From a virus, in IMG/VR virus record IMGVR_UViG_3300025647_000019, positions 29,965-93,964 of that record: DNA of 64,000 nt; one strand, given 5' to 3'. The notes under the pieces were generated by a model. That model made no database searches, had not been told where the DNA came from, and saw only the letters and a program-made list of their open reading frames with translations. The stretch's first letter is position 1; every line of letters begins with the position of its first letter. Of this stretch, positions 36,680 to 46,263 are shown piece by piece. The translations under genes and the position numbers were made by a program.

Positions 36680-37779
36680 GTGAATCGTTATTAAAAATCT
36701 TAGTATTAGAAGGCGGAGCAGTTTTTAAAACTACTATATCCGCAGTTCCAAAAGAATATTTAAATCCAACAATGAATAAAGCTCTTAAAGATTCAGGGTT
36801 TGGGAAAATAAGATCAAACCCTGTTGGAAATATCTCAAAACCTTTTTTAGGAGATGTTGATATTGCTGTTGAATTTGAAGATCTTGTTAAATTATTTGGA
36901 TCAACTAAAGATAAAAAAGACTTTTGGGAAAAAGCTGATATCTTTATGAAGAAACAAAAAATTAAAGACTATTCAATAAATAAGGGTCTTCAACAGATTC
37001 ACGTTCTTTCTCCCTTAGTTGATAAAAAAGGAAAACAATTACCTGCTGTTAATAAAGAAGGAAAAGAAATTGGAGGAGAAGGATGGGTTCAAATTGATTT
37101 TATGATTGGTCGAGTAAAATTCATGAAAGACATGCTATCAGGAACAGTTGATAGCAAATATAAAGCAGCATGGAGAAATCAATTATTAGTCGATATTCTA
37201 GCTAATACCTCAACTGGTGATGGGGATGTAAAACATAAATTCCAGGTTAATCGTAAAGACGGATTACAATACGTTCGTTATATAGATCAAAACGGTAAAA
37301 AGAAGAAATTAAATGTTAAGACAGTATCTACTGATATGGATGAAATTTCTTCTTATATATTCGGGAAAAAATATAAATGGAAAGACGTTGATACATTTGA
37401 AAAAATGTGGAAAGCATTTAAAGGATCCGAATTTAGGTGGGCAAGTAAACGTAAGCAAATAATTAAAACCTTTACCGATGCTTTAAAAAGACAAAAAATG
37501 GAATTGCCTTCTGAATTAAATGAAGTAGAAAAAACTATGAATAAGAAACAAATTACTGAAATTGCTGAAATCATTTTAGAAGAACTTGAAAATAAAAATG
37601 AAAAACTCATTAAGCTTATAAAATCTTATGAAGAAAGATTAGATTCTAGTGAATTAAATGAAGAAATTTTTATTGAAGAAACTGAAAGGGCTCTTAGAGA
37701 ACACTTGGGATTCCATGATGATACTGAACTAACAAAAGCTGAATCGGAATTAGAGCGTATGAGGAGATTAATGGGATGA
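36676..37779 (+). CDS. Pol-beta superfamily nucleotidyltransferase
   Basis: LVLEGG N-terminus, GN....GDVDIA, VQIDFM catalytic Asp triad. Confidence 0.7.
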   Translation: MSESLLKILVLEGGAVFKTTISAVPKEYLNPTMNKALKDSGFGKIRSNPVGNISKPFLGDVDIAVEFEDLVKLFGSTKDKKDFWEKADIFMKKQKIKDYSINKGLQQIHVLSPLVDKKGKQLPAVNKEGKEIGGEGWVQIDFMIGRVKFMKDMLSGTVDSKYKAAWRNQLLVDILANTSTGDGDVKHKFQVNRKDGLQYVRYIDQNGKKKKLNVKTVSTDMDEISSYIFGKKYKWKDVDTFEKMWKAFKGSEFRWASKRKQIIKTFTDALKRQKMELPSELNEVEKTMNKKQITEIAEIILEELENKNEKLIKLIKSYEERLDSSELNEEIFIEETERALREHLGFHDDTELTKAESELERMRRLMG

Positions 37780-38159
37780 AAAAGAAAGAATTAATTGAGC
37801 TAATAAGGGAAGTAATTTATTCTGAACTTCCAGATATTATTTCAGAAATCAAAGCTTCTTCTTATGAAAATAATGAATATTTAAAAGAAGAAGACGTTTT
37901 TGATGGTCAATCAGTTCGGGAACATATAAGATCTGAATTTAGAAAAGTAAATCCAATTCAAGAAAGACCTAAAGCCCCAAAAGGTAAAAAAATGTTAGTT
38001 GATTATAGAGGAGAGAAAGTTACTTCTGGATTGGGAGTAATGGATTGGTTTAAAGGACAAGTAGCAGAAGGAAAAACTAGACCAACTGGTGAATTTAAAC
38101 ATACTGATGATCAAATGAAAAATTTTATGGAACAAAAATTTGGAAAGAAGATAAAATGA
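37776..38159 (+). CDS. Protein with leader variant MKKKELIELIREVIYSE
   Basis: Leader-like N-terminus. Confidence 0.5.
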   Translation: MKKKELIELIREVIYSELPDIISEIKASSYENNEYLKEEDVFDGQSVREHIRSEFRKVNPIQERPKAPKGKKMLVDYRGEKVTSGLGVMDWFKGQVAEGKTRPTGEFKHTDDQMKNFMEQKFGKKIK

Positions 38160-38722
38160 AAGTATCAAAAGAAATTTATGATTTAGTTCAAAAGCACGAC
38201 CAAAAAGAAATTAAAATGGGAATTGCTGTTGAGCGTGAACACGATGTTGGTGACACAGACGTTGTTCAATCTGATCTTGATGTATTGAAAATCGCTCTTG
38301 CCCATCTTGAAGAAGACCCCGAATATTATACCCATCTGAAAGCAATGGAAGATAAATATGTCAAAGAACGTGATGGTATGTCTATTGATGTTAAAAAGGG
38401 AATGAAACCTTGGACTAAAAAGAAAAAAAGTAGATTAGCGTCTGAAGAAATGGTTCAAGAATGGATTCTTGAAGAAGGAACTGGAACACTTAAAAAAAAA
38501 ACTTTAAATGAAGCTCCACACATTGAAGTCAACGATAAGGTTATTGATTTCGAATTTGAAAAAGACAAAAACGAAGGTCTCAAAAAAATAATCAAAGCCA
38601 TTATGAAACAAGAAATTTCCGACAAGTATGGCAACAAATTTAAACTCACATCAGATCGGGAGGTTGAGGAATTCATAAAGAAGATTATGAGAAATCCTCA
38701 GATTAAACGATTAATATCTTAA
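38156..38722 (+). CDS. DUF5661-like phage protein
   Basis: MGIAVEREH...IALAHLEEDPEYYTHLKAME motif (family recalled from memory). Confidence 0.55.
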   Translation: MKVSKEIYDLVQKHDQKEIKMGIAVEREHDVGDTDVVQSDLDVLKIALAHLEEDPEYYTHLKAMEDKYVKERDGMSIDVKKGMKPWTKKKKSRLASEEMVQEWILEEGTGTLKKKTLNEAPHIEVNDKVIDFEFEKDKNEGLKKIIKAIMKQEISDKYGNKFKLTSDREVEEFIKKIMRNPQIKRLIS

Positions 38723-38733
38723 GGAGGTGAAAA

Positions 38734-38796
38734 ATGATGTTTGAATTAATTTGTGGTCTTGCTCTTATTGACCTATTTTGGTGGTTGAAGAAGTAA
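38734..38796 (+). CDS. 20-aa hydrophobic peptide MMFELICGLALIDLFWWLKK
   Basis: Perfect AAGGAGGTGA SD at 38721-38730; translated by hand. Confidence 0.55.
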   Translation: MMFELICGLALIDLFWWLKK

Positions 38797-38821
38797 GAAT
38801 TCACATGAGCTGAGACGAGAC

Positions 38822-38877
38822 GAGCGGGATACTATACGGAGCCGAAGTAACATTTTTGAAGTATCCCACTCTTTTTT
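38822..38877 (+). terminator. Large-loop hairpin plus T-run (terminator or structured RNA)
   Basis: GAGCGGGATACT pairs with AGTATCCCACTC (1 mismatch), followed by TTTTTT. Confidence 0.55.
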
Positions 38878-38927
38878 ATTTACATTTGAAATTAAAAGTA
38901 ATATTATATTATTACTTGGAGGTTTAT

Positions 38928-39290
38928 ATGGGAAGAATAATAGGAATAGTTGGTTCTAGATCTCGCGATTCACAAGCCGATCTTTTAGCAGTATCAAAAA
39001 TTTTTAATGAAATATATCAAGATGGGGATTGGATTTGCTCTGGGGGATGCCCAAAGGGCGGAGATCGATTTGCTATTCTTCTTCATAAAGCTTTTGTTAC
39101 TCCATATTTAGAATTTCCAGCACATTGGGAAAAACATGGAAAAGTTGCGGGGTTTTTAAGAAATAGCGATATTGCTAAAGCTTCGGATATTCTCATTGCA
39201 TGTGTACATATAAATCGTATTGGTGGTACTGAGGATACGATAAGAAAGTTTATTGAAGCTCACGGAGAAGAAAGGTTATATATTGTATGA
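38928..39290 (+). CDS. SLOG-family (YspA/DUF2493-like) protein
   Basis: IVGSR, SGGCPKGGD, AGFLRN..IA, GGT..TI. Confidence 0.8.
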   Translation: MGRIIGIVGSRSRDSQADLLAVSKIFNEIYQDGDWICSGGCPKGGDRFAILLHKAFVTPYLEFPAHWEKHGKVAGFLRNSDIAKASDILIACVHINRIGGTEDTIRKFIEAHGEERLYIV

Positions 39291-40426
39291 ATAAAATTAG
39301 AGTTATGATGATACCATCAGATCCTTATGGGGTAGGACATTATCGAAATTTCTGGCCAGCCAAAATGATCCAAAAAAATCATAGTGATGAATTTCAAGTA
39401 GATGTCAGATTCAGGGAAGCCATTACTGAAGACGATTTAAAAAATTATGACATCATTCATTATCATAGATCTATCCCTGCTGAAGATCCTTTAAAAATAG
39501 TAAATCAATTCAAAAATGCAGGAGTGATTACAGTTTGTGATATTGATGATTATTGGGTTCCTCCTTATGGACATCCAATAAGGGAATTAGCTATAAAAAA
39601 GGGTTTACCAAAACAAATCACTGACAATTTAAAAATGGCAGATTATGTTACAACTACTACTGATATTTTTAAAAAGAGAATATGTGCATTAGATAAAAAT
39701 ATAAAAGTAAAAGTACTCCCAAATGGAATTGATCATAATGTGGAAATGTGGCAATTAAAAAGAGAACCTTCAGATAAAGTTCGTATTGGATGGGTTGGGG
39801 GATCTTCTCATGAAAAAGATCTATCTAAACTTCATGGAACCTTTAATAAGCTTTTTTCAGATAAAGAGCTTGAAGGAAAATTCCAGATTATTATGTGTGG
39901 TTATGATACAAGAGGAACAATAACTGAAGTAGGCCCAGATGGTAAAGAGAGAACTAGAAAGATTAGACCTGAAGAATCTATTTGGAATAAATTTGAAGCA
40001 ATCTTTAATAACAATGGAAATCATTTTAAAGACGGGTATGTAAGAAGAAATACTTTACCTATTAACCAATATGGAAAACATTACAATTATATTGATGTTT
40101 GTTTAGCTCCTTTGGTTGAAAATATTTTTAATGAATGTAAATCTGAGCTTAAATTGATAGAAACCGGAATGATGAAATCAGCTCTTATTGCTTCTGATAT
40201 TCACATTTATGGAGAAATGTTAGAACATGGAAAAACTGGGTTATTAATTCCCGCTAAGAAAGATCATAAACTCTGGTACAAATATATTAAAGAATTAATC
40301 CTTAATGAAGAACTAAGAACCTCTTTACAAAACAATTTACATGACCTAGTTGATCCTGCTTATCGTCTTGATGTTTTAACTGAGGATAGATGTAATTGGT
40401 ATAAGGAGATATTAAATGGGCAATAA
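39287..40426 (+). CDS. GT-B glycosyltransferase
   Basis: GVGHYR..P, DIDD, IGWVGGSSH..DL, LAPL..N.FN.CKSELK.IE. Confidence 0.85.
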   Translation: MNKIRVMMIPSDPYGVGHYRNFWPAKMIQKNHSDEFQVDVRFREAITEDDLKNYDIIHYHRSIPAEDPLKIVNQFKNAGVITVCDIDDYWVPPYGHPIRELAIKKGLPKQITDNLKMADYVTTTTDIFKKRICALDKNIKVKVLPNGIDHNVEMWQLKREPSDKVRIGWVGGSSHEKDLSKLHGTFNKLFSDKELEGKFQIIMCGYDTRGTITEVGPDGKERTRKIRPEESIWNKFEAIFNNNGNHFKDGYVRRNTLPINQYGKHYNYIDVCLAPLVENIFNECKSELKLIETGMMKSALIASDIHIYGEMLEHGKTGLLIPAKKDHKLWYKYIKELILNEELRTSLQNNLHDLVDPAYRLDVLTEDRCNWYKEILNGQ

Positions 40427-40667
40427 AATAATTCTTGAAAATCTAGAAGGAGTTAGATTCAACAAAAGAATAACCATGGGGGACGATTATTCGTGGATAT
40501 GCAAATCTATTAATCCAGCACTTAAAAATGGATTTTCATCTGAAAATATAGTTTACAATTGGATAGAAACAGTGTATTATAGAACGGATGAATGTTTATA
40601 CGATGAAGAAAGTAATTCTCTATTGACAATATATCGTCAAAGGGATCTACCAAGGAGATGTCCATAA
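40416..40667 (+). CDS. Hypothetical protein
   Basis: Coupled ORF. Confidence 0.4.
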   Translation: MGNKIILENLEGVRFNKRITMGDDYSWICKSINPALKNGFSSENIVYNWIETVYYRTDECLYDEESNSLLTIYRQRDLPRRCP

Positions 40668-41290
40668 TGAAACAAATTAAATTTTCAACTGACAAGATTA
40701 TGGCATTAGTCGATTATTTCAATAATAAAATCGATGAAATTGAATGCCCTAAAAATCATGCCGCCGCTCGGGCATTGATTGAAGATGTAGGAGAGCGATT
40801 CTTTTCAGCCCCGGCATCCGGTAGATTGATGTATCATAACTGTTGTGTTGGAGGATTACTTGAGCATTCAATTAGAGTCCATACTATTTTTTCTGATCTT
40901 TGTGAAAAATATCATGAAGTTGAAAGCAAAGATGACATTATTATTGCAGCACTATTTCATGATATTGGTAAAATTGGAACATTAGATCAAGATTATTATG
41001 TACCAAAAAATTCAAAATGGCACGAAGAAAATATGGGTCTTTATTATGAATCAAATCCAAAACTTCGATTCATGCCTCATGCACAAAGATCTCTTCAGCT
41101 CTTGGGTCAATATGAATTCAATTTAGTAAATGATGTTTATACTGGGATCCTTATTCACGATGGACAGTATGTTGATGAAAATAAGCCGTATAAAATGAAA
41201 GAAGGAAAGTTTCCTCTTTTGCTTCACATGGCAGATAGACTTGCTTGTGAAATTGAAAAAGAAAAATGGGAGGAATTGAATGGAATTTGA
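40658..41290 (+). CDS. HD-domain phosphohydrolase (YhaM-like)
   Basis: APAS..YH...GGLLEHS, FHDIGK, HDG, LHMAD. Confidence 0.88.
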   Translation: MSIMKQIKFSTDKIMALVDYFNNKIDEIECPKNHAAARALIEDVGERFFSAPASGRLMYHNCCVGGLLEHSIRVHTIFSDLCEKYHEVESKDDIIIAALFHDIGKIGTLDQDYYVPKNSKWHEENMGLYYESNPKLRFMPHAQRSLQLLGQYEFNLVNDVYTGILIHDGQYVDENKPYKMKEGKFPLLLHMADRLACEIEKEKWEELNGI

Positions 41291-42125
41291 AGATCATTTT
41301 CCTATCTTATCAGTAATCGATAACGATTTTTATTTTGGAATTGGAGGATTAGGAGATTTTGTTTTATTGCTATCAACTTTTTATGATGACGTTAAAGGAG
41401 TAGATATTGTTTTTGTTGCTAATAATGTTAAACAAATAAAAGAATTTTCTAAGTTATTTATCGGTAAAAAGGGAATAAGAAAAGTTTGGATTTATCCTAA
41501 TGAAGGATTTTTTAATTTTCCAAATGGACGTATTGATGCATGGAATAAAATCGCTAATCATCCTTTATGTCAAGGAACAGGAGTTACTCCAAAAGAGTTT
41601 GATTATTATGGTGAATGGGATAAAGTAAAAGAAACGAATGTATTTGAATATTATGGAGTTAAAAAAGATGTAAAGTTTATTACTAAAGCAGTCCCCGTTT
41701 ATAAAAACATTACTATTCAGCCATTTGGTGGATTAGATGCAAATAGAATTTCAGAAATGCCAAGAGAGTTTATTGAAGGAATAACTGAAATATATAAAGA
41801 TCAATATGAGATTTTTTTAATCGGATCTCCAAAAGATAGAGATACTCTAGGGAATATTCCCGGAGCTAGATGGTTAACGGATTTGGAAGATTCTTTACAT
41901 AAAATTGCAATGGCAGAATTTCATGTTGGAGTTAACTCTTGGGCAAAATCTTTATCCGGTATATTAGGAATTCCAACTTATATTTGGCCTAGTAGTTATC
42001 GAGATTTAAGTATGTATCCTAATGATAAAGATCCTGCAGATTGGGTGTTTATTGAAAATTGGGGATTTAAAAATGCTTTAGAATTATTACAAGAAGTAGA
42101 GATAGAAGATGTCAGTGAAGAGTAA
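41280..42125 (+). CDS. GT9 (heptosyltransferase)-like glycosyltransferase
   Basis: GLGD, IQPFG, HVGVNS...L...GIPT. Confidence 0.6.
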   Translation: MEFEDHFPILSVIDNDFYFGIGGLGDFVLLLSTFYDDVKGVDIVFVANNVKQIKEFSKLFIGKKGIRKVWIYPNEGFFNFPNGRIDAWNKIANHPLCQGTGVTPKEFDYYGEWDKVKETNVFEYYGVKKDVKFITKAVPVYKNITIQPFGGLDANRISEMPREFIEGITEIYKDQYEIFLIGSPKDRDTLGNIPGARWLTDLEDSLHKIAMAEFHVGVNSWAKSLSGILGIPTYIWPSSYRDLSMYPNDKDPADWVFIENWGFKNALELLQEVEIEDVSEE

Positions 42126-42828
42126 AAATATATCTGTTTGCACTATAGCCAAAAATTGTGCAGATATTGTAGAAACATATCTTAGATGGGCAACTGATAA
42201 TTTTGAAGAAGTTAATGTTGTTTGTGATTTAGAAAATGATGATAATACTTTAGAAATATTAAATGATTGGGTTCCAAAAATAACTTTATGGACAAATGTA
42301 TTTGATAATTTCTCTGCTCAAAAAAATAGAGCGTTCTCAATGGCAACAAAGCCTTGGATATTATCAGTTGATACAGATGAAATCTATGAAGAAAATATTC
42401 CATGGGATAAATTAGTTGAAGGATTAGAAAAGCATAATCAAGATATTGGATCATTTAACCTATATAATCTTCAAAAAGATCTAGATCATTATCTTGATCA
42501 AGTTCTTCCTAAACCTCGTCTTATGAGAACTGAAATAGCCAGAATGGACGGTAAGCCTGTTGACGAAGGAATTGATTTTGCTGGAAAGAAAATTATTTGT
42601 TTTCCATATGCACATATTCATTTTGGTCACGTTAGAAATACTGAAGCTTTATTCCTAAAAGGTAAAGATCGAATAAAATGGAAAGATACAGATCTATGTG
42701 ATGGACCGGGATTAAAAGAACACGGAGAATCCTGGTTCATCTATAGAAATGATAAATGGAATCAACATATAAAAGAAGTTCCAAATGAAATAAAACGAAC
42801 AATAAGGAGATACCATATTGCCTTATAA
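42109..42828 (+). CDS. GT2 glycosyltransferase (WaaE-like)
   Basis: FSAQKN.A...A..PWILSVDTDE. Confidence 0.85.
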   Translation: MSVKSKNISVCTIAKNCADIVETYLRWATDNFEEVNVVCDLENDDNTLEILNDWVPKITLWTNVFDNFSAQKNRAFSMATKPWILSVDTDEIYEENIPWDKLVEGLEKHNQDIGSFNLYNLQKDLDHYLDQVLPKPRLMRTEIARMDGKPVDEGIDFAGKKIICFPYAHIHFGHVRNTEALFLKGKDRIKWKDTDLCDGPGLKEHGESWFIYRNDKWNQHIKEVPNEIKRTIRRYHIAL

Positions 42829-43483
42829 AATATTATTTGCTTTTGCAACAAGATCCAGACCCGAAAGAGCTTTATTTCTTTTGAAACAGTATCAAAAATA
42901 TATTCACGATAAAGAGAATTCCATAATTCATTTATCGTGTGATGTTGATGATGAAACAATGAACAATGAATCTATTATTGAGTTATTAAAAACTTTTAAT
43001 GGGGTTAAATATTTTTTCGGGGAAAATAAAACAAAACTTGATGCTGTGAATGCTAATATATCTGGATATGACTGGGATATTGTAGTTGGGCTTCAAGATG
43101 ATTTATACCCTTTAGTTCCTGGATTTGATAATATTATAAGAGAAGAAATGAAAAATGCTTTTGATCCAGATTTAGATGGGGTTTTATTTTTATTTGATGG
43201 AGCTTTACAAATTTGCACTACTCCTTGTATGGGAAGACGCTTTTATAATCGATTTGGATACTTAAATTATCCGGGATATAAATCTTTATTTGCCGACAGT
43301 GAATTAACTGAAGTTTCAGAAAGACTTGGAAAACTTAAAAGAGTAAATAAAGTTTTATTAGAGCATAAACATCCAACAAGAGCTAATATCCCTTATGATG
43401 AATTATATCGAAGAAATGATTCTTTTTGGGATGAAGATCAAGAATTATTTGAAAAAAGAAAGGAAAATAATTTTTATTTATGA
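42818..43483 (+). CDS. GT-A glycosyltransferase
   Basis: ATRSRP, VGLQDD, YKSLFAD.E, EHKHP. Confidence 0.75.
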   Translation: MPYKILFAFATRSRPERALFLLKQYQKYIHDKENSIIHLSCDVDDETMNNESIIELLKTFNGVKYFFGENKTKLDAVNANISGYDWDIVVGLQDDLYPLVPGFDNIIREEMKNAFDPDLDGVLFLFDGALQICTTPCMGRRFYNRFGYLNYPGYKSLFADSELTEVSERLGKLKRVNKVLLEHKHPTRANIPYDELYRRNDSFWDEDQELFEKRKENNFYL

Positions 43484-44217
43484 ATATTTTGGTTATAGGT
43501 GATAATTGTTTAGATCGACACATATATGGAGAATGTAAAAGGCTTTGTCCTGAAGCTCCGGTTCCCGTTTTTACCCCAATAAGAACTGTAGAAAATTACG
43601 GAATGGCCGGAAATGTTTCTAGAAATTTAAAGGCTTTAGGCAATAAAGTTGAAGAGCTTATTCCCCTTAATGTTCCAGTAAAAACTAGATATATAGATGA
43701 TCATACCAATCAAATGTTTTTAAGAGTTGATGAAGATGATTATTGTTCTTGGGTAGAATTTAGATTGGACGAAATAGATCCTAAAAAATATGATGCAATA
43801 GTAATTGCTGATTATGACAAGGGGTTTTTAACCAAACAAGACATATTATTTATTTCCCGACTACACGATATTACATTTTTAGATACCAAAAAGATCTTAG
43901 GTTCCTGGGCAGAAAGACTGTCTTATATCAAGTTAAACTCCCAAGAATATAAACAAAACCTTGATATTCTAAAGCAAAATGAAACTTTAATGGATAAAGT
44001 AATAGTAACCAAAGGTCCCGAAGGTTGCGTGTTTAAAAATGAAATTTATCCAGTTAAAAAAGTTGATGTAAAAGATCTTTCTGGAGCTGGAGATACATTC
44101 ATGGCTGGATTAGTTTCTCAATACATTCAAAATGGAAATCATATAGAAGACGCAATTAAATTTGCAAATGAATGTGCAACAATTGTTGTTCAAAAAAGAG
44201 GAGTTGCTTGTTTGTGA
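43480..44217 (+). CDS. PfkB-family sugar-phosphate kinase (HldE/RfaE kinase-like)
   Basis: VIGD..LD, PEAPVP, DYDKG, DLSGAGDTF. Confidence 0.9.
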   Translation: MNILVIGDNCLDRHIYGECKRLCPEAPVPVFTPIRTVENYGMAGNVSRNLKALGNKVEELIPLNVPVKTRYIDDHTNQMFLRVDEDDYCSWVEFRLDEIDPKKYDAIVIADYDKGFLTKQDILFISRLHDITFLDTKKILGSWAERLSYIKLNSQEYKQNLDILKQNETLMDKVIVTKGPEGCVFKNEIYPVKKVDVKDLSGAGDTFMAGLVSQYIQNGNHIEDAIKFANECATIVVQKRGVACL

Positions 44218-44714
44218 TTATACGAAGATATCTTGATAAGAAAATACAAGGGGTAGAAATTATCCACAGGAAAGTAATGCATGATCATAGGGGATGGAAT
44301 ATTGAAAGATTCAATGAAGGGGAATTTGATATAAAATTTGTAACCGATAGTATTTCTAAATCAAAATCCCAGACCTTCCGGGGTTTACATGGGGATTCAA
44401 AAACTTGGAAATTAATCGAATGTTTATTTGGAAGATTTTGGCTGATTATATACGATAACAGAAAAGATTCTCCAACATATAAAAATTGGACTACTTCAAT
44501 GTTAACTGGATTTAGTGGAGATCAGATTTTATTACCCCCTGGGGTTGCTAATGGTCACTATTGTTTTGAAGATTGTTTATTCTCTTATAAAATGTCTCAT
44601 CCATATACACAAATAGAAGATCAATTTACAATAAAATGGCATGATGAAAATTTATCAGAGGTTCCTTGGCCATGGGAAATAGAACCAAAATATATTTCAG
44701 AAAGGGATAGATAA
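44214..44714 (+). CDS. rmlC: NDP-4-keto-6-deoxyhexose 3,5-epimerase (RmlC-like)
   Basis: DHRG, FRGLH, D.RKDSPT, P.GVANG, ISERD. Confidence 0.85.
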   Translation: MIIRRYLDKKIQGVEIIHRKVMHDHRGWNIERFNEGEFDIKFVTDSISKSKSQTFRGLHGDSKTWKLIECLFGRFWLIIYDNRKDSPTYKNWTTSMLTGFSGDQILLPPGVANGHYCFEDCLFSYKMSHPYTQIEDQFTIKWHDENLSEVPWPWEIEPKYISERDR

Positions 44715-45331
44715 TGGAAAAAAATAAAAGAGATCCCAAAAGGTTTGATACCGAATTATTTGGGTGGGTAAACACTAATAAAGAAGATGATTATTCTTCT
44801 GAAACTTGGGCATATATCATGTTAAATAAAGAATACATCAAAGGCACTGTAATGGATATTGGATGTGCAGTTGGCCTTCATGTTATTCCTCTTGCAACTA
44901 TATTCGAAGATTTAGATTTGGTATATGGGATTGATATCAATCAAGAAGCTATAGATTGTTCTAATAGTAGACTACCCGAGGAACTTAAAGATAAAGTAAA
45001 ATATTATAAAGTTAATGTTTTAGATTTAGAAAATTATCAAGAAGAAAGTTCTATTGATACTATGGTAAGTTTTCACACTATGGAACATTTTCCAGAAGTG
45101 GATTTAGAAGATATATTTAGTCAGATAAAAAGAGCTTTAAAAAATAATGGACACATAATAATTATTATACCTTATGAACATGCTCATAATGATGGGAATC
45201 ATAAAACCTTTTGGAATGAAACTTCATTGTCAGAATTTATGGAAAAAAATGGTTTTGAAACAATTAAATGTAACAAAATCCAAAATAACAATCTTGCTGG
45301 AATATTTAAAAACAATAAGGAAACAATATGA
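44714..45331 (+). CDS. Class I SAM-dependent methyltransferase
   Basis: MDIGCAVG, GIDIN, MEHF, LKNNG. Confidence 0.85.
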   Translation: MEKNKRDPKRFDTELFGWVNTNKEDDYSSETWAYIMLNKEYIKGTVMDIGCAVGLHVIPLATIFEDLDLVYGIDINQEAIDCSNSRLPEELKDKVKYYKVNVLDLENYQEESSIDTMVSFHTMEHFPEVDLEDIFSQIKRALKNNGHIIIIIPYEHAHNDGNHKTFWNETSLSEFMEKNGFETIKCNKIQNNNLAGIFKNNKETI

Positions 45332-46263
45332 AAAGAGTTTTAATAACTGGTGGTGCTGGTTATATCGGAAATGTTTTAGTTGAATTATTATTAGATAAGG
45401 GATATCATGTATTAGTTTTAGATTCTCTTCTTTTTAATCAAACAGAATTGATTAGATTTTCCAATAATCAAAATTTTGAATTTATATATGGGGATGTTAC
45501 TAATGAAGATCTTTTATATAAGTATACACAGTGGGCTGATATTATTATTCCATTAGCTGCTTATGTTGGAGCCCCCATTTGTAATAATAATTACATCATG
45601 GCCAAAGCAGTAAATCAAGACCACGTTGTTAATATTTCTAGAACTGCCGGAAGTAGAAAAGTTATTTATCCAAATACTAATTCTGGCTATGGGATTTCTT
45701 CTAGTGATGAAATTTGTACAGAAGAAACTCCACTTCACCCTATCAGTCATTATGGAAAAACAAAAACAGCAGCAGAAGAAGTAATTTTAGCAAACGATCA
45801 GGTTTCATTAAGACTTGCTACTAATTTTGGTATATCCCCGAGAATGAGAATGGATTTATTAGTTAATGATTTTGTTTATAGAGCAGTAACAGAAAGATCT
45901 ATTGTTTTATTTGAATCTCATTTTAAGAGAAATTATATTCACGTTAAAGATGTTGCTGCAACATTTTTATTTGCAATTGAAAATTATGATAGAATGAGGG
46001 GAAGAGCTTTTAATCTGGGATTATCAAATGCGAATCTAAATAAATTAGAACTTTGTGAAAAAATAAAATACTATATTCCAGAATTAATTATCATTGAAAG
46101 CCCAATTGGTAAAGATCCAGATAAACGAGATTATATTGTTTCAAATGAAAGATTGGAAAAATTGGGATGGAAACCTGAATATAGTTTAGATAATGGTATT
46201 ACTGAATTAAAAAGGGCATATGAAATTATTAAAAATACTAGAAAAAGGTTTGGTAACGTATGA
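45328..46263 (+). CDS. NAD-dependent epimerase/reductase (extended SDR)
   Basis: TGGAGYIG, YGKTK, RNYIHVKD. Confidence 0.92.
   Translation: MKRVLITGGAGYIGNVLVELLLDKGYHVLVLDSLLFNQTELIRFSNNQNFEFIYGDVTNEDLLYKYTQWADIIIPLAAYVGAPICNNNYIMAKAVNQDHVVNISRTAGSRKVIYPNTNSGYGISSSDEICTEETPLHPISHYGKTKTAAEEVILANDQVSLRLATNFGISPRMRMDLLVNDFVYRAVTERSIVLFESHFKRNYIHVKDVAATFLFAIENYDRMRGRAFNLGLSNANLNKLELCEKIKYYIPELIIIESPIGKDPDKRDYIVSNERLEKLGWKPEYSLDNGITELKRAYEIIKNTRKRFGNV

Noticed and set aside
38805-38850. Hammerhead ribozyme (CTGA...CGAA)
   Set aside because: Core does not match CUGANGA/GAAA and the required stems are not evident.
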